Positions 16,756 through 25,482 of a stretch of 64,000 bases of DNA are shown piece after piece; position 1 is the stretch's first letter; the number at the start of each line of letters is the position of its first letter. The notes beneath the pieces are model-generated. The model searched no databases and had not been told where the DNA came from. It saw only the letters and a program-made list of their open reading frames with translations. This DNA is from a virus (lineage: Duplodnaviria > Caudoviricetes), in the IMG/VR virus record IMGVR_UViG_3300024272_000051, positions 1 through 64,000 of that record; one strand, 5' to 3'. The position numbers and the translations under genes are program-made.

Positions 16756-18243
16756 ATGATAGATTATAACCCATTGTTGTGTCTTGATTTTTACAAGACG
16801 GCACACGCTGATCAGTACCCAAAAGGTTTGACCAAAATGGTTTCTTACTACACCCCTCGTATGTCTCGTCTGCAGGACACTCAGAAGATCACAATGTTTG
16901 GGCTTCAGGCATTCATTGGAGAATATTTAATTAAGGCTTTTGGTCGATGGTTTTTCGATAAAAGTTTGGAAAATGTTCTTAATGATTATAAGCGCGTTCT
17001 CAGATCCACTATTGGTACAGACGGTGTCGGCGAACAACGCATCGAAGAGCTCTATAATCTTGGGTATTTACCCCTGAAGATTAGAGCACTTCCCGAGGGG
17101 ACAAGGTCTGACATCAAGGTGCCACAGATTGAAATTTCAAATACACATCCAGACTTTGTGTGGCTGGTAAATTCCATCGAAACAATGCTTTCTTGTACAA
17201 TGTGGCATACCCAGGTGTCTGCAGAAGTCGGATACCGCTACCGCCAGATCGTCAATGAGTTTGCAGAGAGAACGTGCGACGACAATGTCTCTCGTGCAAG
17301 ACTTCTTGGCGATTTTTCTATGCGAGGACAAGAGAGCGTTGAGAGCGCAACTAAGAGTTCTGCTGCATTCTGCCTCAGCTTTTTGAATACAGCAACTGTT
17401 CCGGCAATTCTTTGGTTGGAAAGAAATTATGATTGCGACTGTGAAAAAGAGCCCGTCGCATTTGGCGCACTTTCTACTGAACACAGCGTAATGTGTTCCA
17501 ACTTTGCGATTGATGGCGATGAAATCACACATGTCCGTCGGCTCCTTACCGAGATTTATCCGCACCAGAGTTTTTCCATGGTCAGCGACAGTTATGATTA
17601 CTGGAATCTGGTAGACAATATCTTGCCACAGCTTAAGGAAGAAGTTTTGGCACATGATGGCTTTATCTCTATCCGTGGTGACAGCGGCGATCCTGTGGAG
17701 GTTGTTACACAGACGGTGTTTAAGCTGTGGGACACTTTCGGCGGAACAGTAAATGCCAAGGGATTTAAGGTTCTCAATCCACATGTAAAGGCGATTTATG
17801 GCGACAGCATCACGCCTCAGCGTTGCCGTCGTATCTATGAGATTCTGGAAGAAAACGGTTTTGCAATCAATAATGTTTCCTTGGGAGTAGGCTCGTTCTC
17901 CATGCAGTGTCTGGAGACTATTTGGAAGGATGATGTAGTCTACAATCCGTTCACCAGAGATACGTTTGGTATTGCGGTTAAGGCAACATATGCGGAAGAC
18001 GAGTGCGGCAATCCTATTATGATTTTCAAAAACCCAAAGACCGATTCTGGTCGTTTCAAAAAGTCTCAGCGAGGTTGTTGTCGTGTGTATAAGACCGGAG
18101 ATGGTTATGCATATGAAGACGGTCTTACTTGGGCGGAGGCACAGGAAAACAATGAACTGGGTACAGTTTTTGAAAATGGTGTCTTTACCAAACGGTTTAC
18201 GCTGAGTGAGGTCCGCCAGAATTTGCACGAGGGGAATTTCTGA
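16756..18243 (+). CDS. NAMPT/Namat-like phosphoribosyltransferase with Ala at the Asp219-equivalent position
   Basis: DFYKTAH, DFSMRG, NTATVPA, TEHS, VSDSYD, IRGDSGDP, IYGDSIT, GVGS, RDT, KKS motifs. Confidence 0.9.
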   Translation: MIDYNPLLCLDFYKTAHADQYPKGLTKMVSYYTPRMSRLQDTQKITMFGLQAFIGEYLIKAFGRWFFDKSLENVLNDYKRVLRSTIGTDGVGEQRIEELYNLGYLPLKIRALPEGTRSDIKVPQIEISNTHPDFVWLVNSIETMLSCTMWHTQVSAEVGYRYRQIVNEFAERTCDDNVSRARLLGDFSMRGQESVESATKSSAAFCLSFLNTATVPAILWLERNYDCDCEKEPVAFGALSTEHSVMCSNFAIDGDEITHVRRLLTEIYPHQSFSMVSDSYDYWNLVDNILPQLKEEVLAHDGFISIRGDSGDPVEVVTQTVFKLWDTFGGTVNAKGFKVLNPHVKAIYGDSITPQRCRRIYEILEENGFAINNVSLGVGSFSMQCLETIWKDDVVYNPFTRDTFGIAVKATYAEDECGNPIMIFKNPKTDSGRFKKSQRGCCRVYKTGDGYAYEDGLTWAEAQENNELGTVFENGVFTKRFTLSEVRQNLHEGNF

Positions 18244-18668
18244 TGGACTATTTTTTAGATACTCAAAATGCATATAAGCGTTTAATTGATGAGTTTGCCG
18301 CACATGGTAAGCTCATCATTGCTTATGACTTTGATGATACTGTCTTTGATTATCATAATCGCGGAGAAAGCTATGAAGATGTTATTAACTTGCTAAGAAG
18401 GTTGAGACCGTATGCAAGCTTTATCGTATTTACATCGTGTTCCAAAGAAAAAGAGGCCGGGATCGCCTCCTATCTTGAGGAAAATGATATTCCATACGAC
18501 AGTATTAACGAGGACATTATCACCCAGTTTGGTGGCAGGAAAGTGTACTACAACCTCTTTCTTGACGACCGAGCTGGTTTGAGAGAGGTTTATGATTTGC
18601 TCATTCGATTTTTGAATGAAGTCGAATCTCAAACCGATTTGAAAGAGAGGGTTGTACATGCTCGCTGA
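18243..18668 (+). CDS. HAD-family phosphatase
   Basis: AYDFDDT motif I, FTS, K..LDDRAG; overlaps both neighbours. Confidence 0.75.
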   Translation: MDYFLDTQNAYKRLIDEFAAHGKLIIAYDFDDTVFDYHNRGESYEDVINLLRRLRPYASFIVFTSCSKEKEAGIASYLEENDIPYDSINEDIITQFGGRKVYYNLFLDDRAGLREVYDLLIRFLNEVESQTDLKERVVHAR

Positions 18669-19413
18669 TCCAAAGAGAACAAAGGACGAAATCGTCCAGT
18701 GGATTCGTAACTATTTTGAAGAAAACGGGAAAGGCTGCTATGCGGTCGTCGGGATTTCCGGCGGTAAAGATAGCAGTATCGTAGCCGCTCTGTGTGTTGA
18801 AGCGCTCGGTGCAGATAGGGTTTTTGGAGTCCTGATGCCAAATGGTGAGCAGCGCGACATTACTGACTCCGCTCGTCTGGTGGAGGCTCTTGGCATTAAC
18901 GATGTTATAATCAACATCTACGGAGCTTACCGTGATATGATTGATAGAATTGATCGCGCTTTGCCAGATGGAATCAGTGAGCAGAGCAAGGTCAACCTTC
19001 CACCGCGTCTTAGGATGGCTGCATTGTATGCGGTGGCACAATCTCTACCGGGTGGTGGACGCGTTGCTAACACATGCAACAGATCTGAGGATTTCGTTGG
19101 CTACTCTACGAAGTTTGGCGACAGCGTTGGTGACTTTAGTCCGCTGGCCAACCTGATGGTACACGAGGTTATCCAAATTGGTCACGAGCTGCCAATCCCA
19201 AGGGATCTTGTTGATAAGACTCCATCTGATGGACTGTGCGGGAAAACAGATGAAGATAATCTTGGCGTAAGTTATCAAGAAATTGACCGCTATATCGAAA
19301 GTGGTGTTTGCGCCATTGAGAAAAATGAACGCATTATAGAGAACCTACATCAAAAAAATCTACATAAACTTAGACCGATGCCCGCCTTTGGAGATGTCGC
19401 ATGGGAGAAGTAA
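18658..19413 (+). CDS. nadE: NH3-dependent NAD synthetase
   Basis: GISGGKDS, N..PRLRM, TCNRSE..GYSTKFGD, PSDGL, DE; no glutaminase domain. Confidence 0.92.
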   Translation: MLADPKRTKDEIVQWIRNYFEENGKGCYAVVGISGGKDSSIVAALCVEALGADRVFGVLMPNGEQRDITDSARLVEALGINDVIINIYGAYRDMIDRIDRALPDGISEQSKVNLPPRLRMAALYAVAQSLPGGGRVANTCNRSEDFVGYSTKFGDSVGDFSPLANLMVHEVIQIGHELPIPRDLVDKTPSDGLCGKTDEDNLGVSYQEIDRYIESGVCAIEKNERIIENLHQKNLHKLRPMPAFGDVAWEK

Positions 19414-19494
19414 TTTCTGTCGGGTTTATCATGGCCGCCAGCATAGCGGTATTTATCGCCTACAATTCTGGCGGATATGGTGGAGGTGGAGCAT

Positions 19495-20760
19495 TTGGAT
19501 AAAGCTATCTTGGCTCTGATCGAATTGCAACAAACCACAGGAATGAAAAGAAAGCTTGCTATTGTTGAAGAAAATCGCGACAATGAGCATTTCACAAGAT
19601 TGCTGTATTATGCTTGTAATCCAAGGCTTTCGTATAAAGTGTCGGAGGCAACTCTGAGACGACTGATACCTGCGGCATGGCATACCCACCAGTATAGAGA
19701 TATTTTTGATGTGTGCAATGAGCTGTCAAAAAGAAAAGCGCTTGACGACGAAACAACGTTTAGAGTTTGCTCGTTTTTGCGAACTCAGAATGCTGGTACG
19801 CAAGAACTATATATCAAACTGTTGGCTAAAACGCTTCGGCTCGGCATCACCGCTAAAAGTATCAATAAAGTTATCCCTGGGCTGATCCCGGAATGGGAAG
19901 TCCAGCAAGCTTATCCAATCGAGAAGTATCCACTAAAAGATGGATGTTGGTTTTCTGTTTCGCAAAAGCTAAACGGTGTCCGCGCCACCTTTTATCGTGG
20001 GGAGCTGATCGGCAGAAGCGGTATTGCGTTCGATGGTCTTGAACACATTACAGATGAGCTTAGCCACTTCCCACATCTGGTTTTTGATGGAGAGCTGACC
20101 TTGGCCAACAAGGGCACTCTTTCTGACAATGAGGCTTTTCGCTTAACCACGGGAATTGTGAACTCTGAAAATGATGATAAAACGGTGATTTGCTTCACAA
20201 TTTTTGACATGCTTCCTGCGGACGAGTTTGATACAGGTGAAAGCGTAGCTACATACAAAGAGCGCCGACAACAGCTTGATGATTTACAAGAGTGGTTTAC
20301 TGGAAATGACCATATACACATTCTTAATTCCTTATATAGCGGTGACGACCAAAGCATTGTTCCGAAATTGTTGGAGAAAATGGTGTCTGAAGATAAAGAG
20401 GGATTAATGATAAATCTAGATGTCCCCTACCAGTGCAAAAGACATCGCGGTATTCTTAAAGTCAAACAATTCTACACAATGGATCTACCGATATTAAGAT
20501 GTGAGTCTGGGAGTGGAAAGCTTGCCAATACACTTGGGGCAATTATAGTTGACTACAAGGGAAATGAGGTTGGAGTTGGGTCTGGCTTCACAGACGAGCA
20601 GAGGTCTTGGATTTGGACACACCAAGATGAATTGGTTGGTAGCCTTGTGGAAATTAAATATAAAGAACAGTCTTATGACAAATCGACGGGGTGCTGTAGT
20701 TTACAGTTCCCTGTTTTTGTGTCGCTAAGAACGGATAAACAGGATGTTAGTTTTGGGTAA
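19495..20760 (+). CDS. ATP-dependent DNA ligase
   Basis: QKLNGVR, FDGEL, FD, EGLM, LKVK, VGSGF, LQFPVF motifs. Confidence 0.9.
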   Translation: MDKAILALIELQQTTGMKRKLAIVEENRDNEHFTRLLYYACNPRLSYKVSEATLRRLIPAAWHTHQYRDIFDVCNELSKRKALDDETTFRVCSFLRTQNAGTQELYIKLLAKTLRLGITAKSINKVIPGLIPEWEVQQAYPIEKYPLKDGCWFSVSQKLNGVRATFYRGELIGRSGIAFDGLEHITDELSHFPHLVFDGELTLANKGTLSDNEAFRLTTGIVNSENDDKTVICFTIFDMLPADEFDTGESVATYKERRQQLDDLQEWFTGNDHIHILNSLYSGDDQSIVPKLLEKMVSEDKEGLMINLDVPYQCKRHRGILKVKQFYTMDLPILRCESGSGKLANTLGAIIVDYKGNEVGVGSGFTDEQRSWIWTHQDELVGSLVEIKYKEQSYDKSTGCCSLQFPVFVSLRTDKQDVSFG

Positions 20761-20788
20761 ATAATGATTTATGAAAGGGGTGAGCAAT

Positions 20789-21250
20789 ATGACAATTGCA
20801 GAATGTCAGGTGGAAACTCAGAAGCATATTGAACGCGTGAGGCACTATATTCGTTTCTTTACAGACAAACTGACAACAAGAGGTGTCAATCATGATCGCG
20901 TAAAGCTGGAAACTCCAGAAGTTGAGATTTTTGCAGAGCACACACCGGCACTTGCATCCTGTGTGTATGACTCTCCAGAATATAAGGAACATCTTGATGC
21001 AATGAAGCCGGCACTTAGTCATCATTATGCTCAGAGTCGTCACCATCCTGAACATTTCGATAATGGCGTGCTTGATATGAACTTGATCGATATTGTCGAA
21101 ATGTTTTGTGATTGGAAGGCGGCAACCGAACGGCAGCACGATGGCAATTTACTGAAGTCAATTGCGGTCAATGCTTCAAGATTTGGCTACGACGATCAGA
21201 TTAAGAGAATTCTTCTCAATACGGCAAAGCTGTTTGATGAAATACAGTGA
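20789..21250 (+). CDS. DUF5662-like HD-type protein
   Basis: HD..K...E, HHY..SRHHPEH, EMFCDW. Confidence 0.65.
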   Translation: MTIAECQVETQKHIERVRHYIRFFTDKLTTRGVNHDRVKLETPEVEIFAEHTPALASCVYDSPEYKEHLDAMKPALSHHYAQSRHHPEHFDNGVLDMNLIDIVEMFCDWKAATERQHDGNLLKSIAVNASRFGYDDQIKRILLNTAKLFDEIQ

Positions 21251-21259
21251 GGTAAGAAT

Positions 21260-21508
21260 ATGAAGAAATACATATCAGTACTGTTGACGATAATGATGTT
21301 GTTTGCACTTGTTGGATGTGGCAACCAACAGCTATTTGACACAACTTACACATTCGACTATGCAATTATCGGATTACCGAATGGTGAGGTCGTTGAGGGT
21401 GAAGTCGAAAGCTGGAATGACTATGATGGCGAGCAACTACAAATTGTTATTGATGGTGCAACATACCTGACACATTCTGAAAACATTGTATTAATTGCGG
21501 AGAAATAA
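21260..21508 (+). CDS. Small lipoprotein
   Basis: Signal peptide with LVGC lipobox. Confidence 0.75.
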   Translation: MKKYISVLLTIMMLFALVGCGNQQLFDTTYTFDYAIIGLPNGEVVEGEVESWNDYDGEQLQIVIDGATYLTHSENIVLIAEK

Positions 21509-21509
21509 T

Positions 21510-21674
21510 ATGAGGTTTTGGCTTTTAGTTGTGGTGCGTGTAGCACTGGCCATAGGTCTTCTAATGATAACAGTATTGGCGAGTCGTATGCACGCGTTTC
21601 TATCCGCCCCTGTTTTAGGTATTTCTTTGTTTTTGTATGCAATATTAAATGTGTTTTTAGAAGAATGGTTTTAG
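21510..21674 (+). CDS. 54-aa membrane protein (below ORF track cutoff)
   Basis: MRFWLLVVVRVALAIGLL...; two hydrophobic helices; directly after upstream stop. Confidence 0.55.
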   Translation: MRFWLLVVVRVALAIGLLMITVLASRMHAFLSAPVLGISLFLYAILNVFLEEWF

Positions 21675-21684
21675 CAAGTGAAAT

Positions 21685-21801
21685 TATGCGGTGGCGGAAT
21701 AGGTAGACGCAGACAATCCCCATCAGATGGAGGAATAAGGCGCGCATGTTGTGGGAGTAGGACAACCACATGCGAGGTGCAAATCCTCGCCCGCATAACA
21801 A
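21685..21801 (+). ncRNA. tRNA-like RNA with expanded anticodon region
   Basis: Acceptor TATGCGG/CCGCATA, Leu-type D arm GGCGGAATAGGTAGACGC, T arm GCGAG-GTGCAAATC-CTCGC, no canonical anticodon arm. Confidence 0.75.
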
Positions 21802-21807
21802 TAAAAT

Positions 21808-21892
21808 GGCGGTTTGGTGGAATTGGCAGACACGCTGGATTTAGGTTCCAGTGGAGAAATCCATACGAGTTCAAGTCTCGTAACCGCCACCA
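21808..21892 (+). tRNA. tRNA-Leu(TAG)
   Basis: CTGGA-TTTAGGT-TCCAG, variable arm, ACCA. Confidence 0.93.
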
Positions 21893-21895
21893 TAT

Positions 21896-21981
21896 GCCGG
21901 TGTGATGGAATGGTAGACAAAAGGGACTTAAAATCCCTTGCTGACAACAGCGTACCGGTTCGAGTCCGGTCACCGGCACCA
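21896..21981 (+). tRNA. tRNA-Leu(TAA)
   Basis: AGGGA-CTTAAAA-TCCCT, variable arm, ACCA. Confidence 0.95.
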
Positions 21982-22060
21982 CAAGGGATTAAGGTTTATT
22001 CTTGTACCTCCCTTGAAACAAGAAAGAGGGGGCTCAATTGTCTTGCCCCCTCACCTAAAT

Positions 22061-22137
22061 GATCCATTAGCACAGTTGGCAGTTGCACAAGATTTTTAAT
22101 CTTGGTGTCCTGAGTTCGAATCTCAGATGGATCACCA
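22061..22137 (+). tRNA. tRNA-Lys(TTT)
   Basis: CAAGA-TTTTTAA-TCTTG, ACCA. Confidence 0.9.
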
Positions 22138-22139
22138 TA

Positions 22140-22246
22140 TAAGGGTGAAGGGATATGCGAGTATGAGCTAAATAAATCATACTACCTGTGCACAAGGTGA
22201 GTGAAGCCCGGAAAGTCGTTAGCGGTCTGGAAGTGCCGCTCCCTTA
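22140..22246 (+). ncRNA. Candidate structured RNA
   Basis: TAAGGG/CCCTTA closing stem adjacent to AGCGGT..GCCGCT hairpin; AGTATGA/TCATACT hairpin. Confidence 0.4.
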
Positions 22247-22309
22247 AAAGTCTGAGGGGTTTGTCCGTCCTCTTGACCGGCGCAAGAACGCAAAGGACAT
22301 TATAAATAT

Positions 22310-22398
22310 GGGAGGGTGCCTGAGTGGTTTAAGGGGCCGGTCTTGAAAACCGGTGATGGGTAACACCACCGTGGGTTCGAATCCCACTCCTCCCGCCA
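22310..22398 (+). tRNA. tRNA-Ser(TGA)
   Basis: CCGGT-CTTGAAA-ACCGG, long variable arm, GCCA. Confidence 0.95.
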
Positions 22399-22562
22399 GG
22401 AAAGTGAGTCGCCAGTCAGCTAGGTACAATGCTTGCTGCAGTGCTTTTTAAATGTTGCGAACAAGGATAAGCCTTATAGGGATCAGTACCTGTACTGGTA
22501 CCGAATAGCGGTGACGATGCCGAGCGCAGGTGCAACAGCCGCCTTAAAAGAGAGGTAGAGAT

Positions 22563-22763
22563 ATGAGCAACAATGTTGTGATCAATAACGGAACGGTAGT
22601 TTCAAACGGCGAAGTGATAGTAAACGGTGTTAAGCTGCCACCTTGTCCGTCAGGTGGTTATAGTTGCACGGTTATTAACAATAAGGTGTACATTGACGGA
22701 TTTGAATTTGTCAATGGAAAATGGAAGAAAACACTTAGGGCTTTGTGGCACAAGTTGTTCTAA
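22563..22763 (+). CDS. Hypothetical protein
   Basis: GAGGT SD. Confidence 0.6.
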   Translation: MSNNVVINNGTVVSNGEVIVNGVKLPPCPSGGYSCTVINNKVYIDGFEFVNGKWKKTLRALWHKLF

Positions 22764-22797
22764 AATATGAAAAGCGTATTTTATTTGGAGGATTATT

Positions 22798-23082
22798 ATG
22801 AGCACGACGAGAATTTTTAAATATCCTGTAAATGGAAATGGAGAAGTTACTAGGATTACTTGCCGTAGACACAGATTGCTTGATGTTCAACTTCAAGGGC
22901 ACGACCTAATGTGTTGGATTGAGACAAGAGATGATTGCCCTGAAACGACGACAGAGTTGATATCTGTTGGTACCGGATGGGAAGTTCCATCAGAAGTTAT
23001 GGATGGATCGTTCTATTTTAAAACTGCACAAGACGCACTTGGTTATGTTTGGCATTTTTATGAGTTAGACAGTATCCATTGA
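22798..23082 (+). CDS. Hypothetical phage protein
   Basis: GGAGG SD; VGTG..VWH motif. Confidence 0.65.
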   Translation: MSTTRIFKYPVNGNGEVTRITCRRHRLLDVQLQGHDLMCWIETRDDCPETTTELISVGTGWEVPSEVMDGSFYFKTAQDALGYVWHFYELDSIH

Positions 23083-23599
23083 TGAAATACGAATTTTATG
23101 AGGTAAGACATGAGTGTTTGGATTAAGTTGTACGAAAAAACTCCACCAGTTAATGAGGATGTTGAGTTAAAGGTTATTTATAACGGTGAAGAAAGAATCT
23201 ATATCAACAAGCTGGTACCTATGTGGAATGGTGTATATAAGTGGTGCTATTGTGATTATGACGATTGTGATGAAGTAGTTGCTTGGAAAAGCATAGTCAA
23301 GCATTAAAAACAAACTTTTAAAAGGTGAAAAATATGTATAATCCGTGTTTTGAGTGCTTAAATAGATATGGACATTCGTATACAGAAGAGTGCGACAACA
23401 CTTGCGATTATGCACACGCATTAAGCAAGCTTAAACCATATGGCGGCATAGATGAAGCGGTCAAGGTTATGAAGGGCGATGCCATACCGTTGGTATTTGT
23501 AGATGATGATCATATTGATTTTACATATAGATTCGTATGTGCTGCTAAAGATGGTGTTATTTAACAATATAAAAATAGAGTTTGGCGAGGTTGAGCGAC

Positions 23600-24085
23600 A
23601 TGGAAGACGAACTGATTATCACATATGATAATTGCTCAACGGATATTCCTACATTGATAGCATCCAGAGCAGACAAGCATGATATGACTATGTTGAAGAA
23701 AATTCAAGGAGATGAAGCTCTTGGCATTTATTACTACCTTGTCGGCGGAACAAACATGATTATCACACCGCCGTGCAAAGTTGGTGACACAGTCTGGAGA
23801 GTCGATGATGTTTGGCACTTGGATGATAAGGAAACTTGGACATATCATTATGAAAAAGAGATCGTAGAATATGCCGTTCGCAGCATATCAATTTCTTGCA
23901 ATTCCAAAGGTAAATGGACAAAGAAATTCAGGATCTGCGAAGTAAGAAACGGTAAAATAATAGATCGACAGCGTGATATCGAATTTGATGATTTCGGTAA
24001 AATAGTATTTCCTATCAGAGAAGAGGCAGAAATAGCATTGATGGAAGCGCTGAAGAACAACGGCAAAGAAGAGGTGAATACATGA
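23600..24085 (+). CDS. Hypothetical phage protein (PCKVGDTVW..FGKIVF..REEAE)
   Basis: Common phage motif. Confidence 0.6.
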   Translation: MEDELIITYDNCSTDIPTLIASRADKHDMTMLKKIQGDEALGIYYYLVGGTNMIITPPCKVGDTVWRVDDVWHLDDKETWTYHYEKEIVEYAVRSISISCNSKGKWTKKFRICEVRNGKIIDRQRDIEFDDFGKIVFPIREEAEIALMEALKNNGKEEVNT

Positions 24086-24327
24086 AGCTTAGGAATATCA
24101 GTGATGTTAATGACTTTTTAGCGACTGTAGAAAGTTGCACCGGAGAAGTATATCTGACCAGCCAGTATGGCGATAAATTCTGCTTGAAAAGCCATATCAG
24201 TAGATACATAGCACTTGGAGCATTGTTGGGAGAACACGGCGACGAACTTGAAATTTACTGCGAGCATAAGGAAGATGAGGGTAAATTCCTGAACTTCTTT
24301 GATGAACACAGCCATGTGTTGGGGTGA
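24082..24327 (+). CDS. Small protein, possibly HPr-like fold
   Basis: DVNDFLATVESCTGEVYLTS..LKS pattern; no HPr His15 motif. Confidence 0.45.
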   Translation: MKLRNISDVNDFLATVESCTGEVYLTSQYGDKFCLKSHISRYIALGALLGEHGDELEIYCEHKEDEGKFLNFFDEHSHVLG

Positions 24328-24489
24328 ATCGCATGGAACTTAAGTTTGGATACTGTCCTATTTGCGACATAGATATAGAGGTCTACAGTGATGACAATAT
24401 GTGCAGCTGTCATCACTGTGGTCACTATGTAGTTTTGCATGAAAAATTGAGCTTGGTTACTAATTCGTCAGAGAGCTCGTCACAACTAT

Positions 24490-24566
24490 GCACGCGTAGT
24501 TCAATCGGCTAGAGCATCTGCCTTCCAAGCAGAGGGTTGCGGGTTCGATCCCCGTCGCGTGCTCCA
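24490..24566 (+). tRNA. tRNA-Gly(TCC), second copy
   Basis: TCTGC-CTTCCAA-GCAGA, TCCA. Confidence 0.93.
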
Positions 24567-24673
24567 ATGCCAAAGCTTTTGGCGTTTCATAGAATCCTTT
24601 TCCAACTGCTCGTATCTATAGATACGGAGACCATGAAAACAGGTCTTGACAGCCGGGAAGAGACCGGCAACGA

Positions 24674-24760
24674 GGGGGAGTGCCGTAATTGGTAGCGGAA
24701 TGGATTGCTAATCCATCCAAGAGAGATCTTGTGCGCGTTCGAGTCGCGTCTCTCCCGCCA
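24674..24760 (+). tRNA. tRNA-Ser(GCT)
   Basis: ATGGA-TTGCTAA-TCCAT, variable arm, GCCA. Confidence 0.88.
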
Positions 24761-25056
24761 TAGAAGAAGTGAGTTGAATAATCCTCAAAAATATAGTGAG
24801 TCATCTGGTTGCGACAGACGGCTCACTTCTTCTTTTAAATTAGATAATTTAAGTTTCATTTTGTGAGGTTGTATATGTGTAAAAGATGTGGCAATTGCAC
24901 GTATTGCTGTGAGGTAAGAAAACACCCTGATTATCAAGAAATTTTAACACATGTATGTGCTTATTTTGTTGTAACTGAACATACCGACTATATTCTTGAG
25001 GTAGCAGACAGTGATATATGCGAGTGTTGGAAACAAAAAAATTAGAGGTGGAAACT

Positions 25057-25482
25057 ATGGCTCTTAATAACGGATTTTACGAATGGAAAAAAGGTCTTGA
25101 ATCGGCTCGAAGCCACATTGGTAGAGAGAAACTCAAAAACAGAATATTGGGGATCTTGTTGCTGCTTATAATGATTTTCAGTCTTATGGGATGTACCAAG
25201 CTTATCGACACCAGATATGAGAATGTAGAAGTAACTGTTGTAGACCAATATCATCGTAGCATGTATCTCCAGCCAATGATGGTTGGTAAAACAATGACGT
25301 TAATTACACATCCCGCAATATACAGAATTATTGTTGAATACAATGGCTTTGAATATTCAATCAATGGCGAAGATACATATACAAAGTATAAGAACAGAAT
25401 TGGACAAACTACAATTGGAAATCTAGAGACCAAGATTTATGATGATGGCACAGTAAAATACAGTATTGTCTCATTGGAGTAA
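25057..25482 (+). CDS. Putative lipoprotein/membrane protein
   Basis: Hydrophobic stretch ending LMGC. Confidence 0.6.
   Translation: MALNNGFYEWKKGLESARSHIGREKLKNRILGILLLLIMIFSLMGCTKLIDTRYENVEVTVVDQYHRSMYLQPMMVGKTMTLITHPAIYRIIVEYNGFEYSINGEDTYTKYKNRIGQTTIGNLETKIYDDGTVKYSIVSLE

Noticed and set aside
17137-18303. 388-aa minus-strand ORF
   Set aside because: Antisense shadow of the NAMPT-like gene with no motifs or SD.
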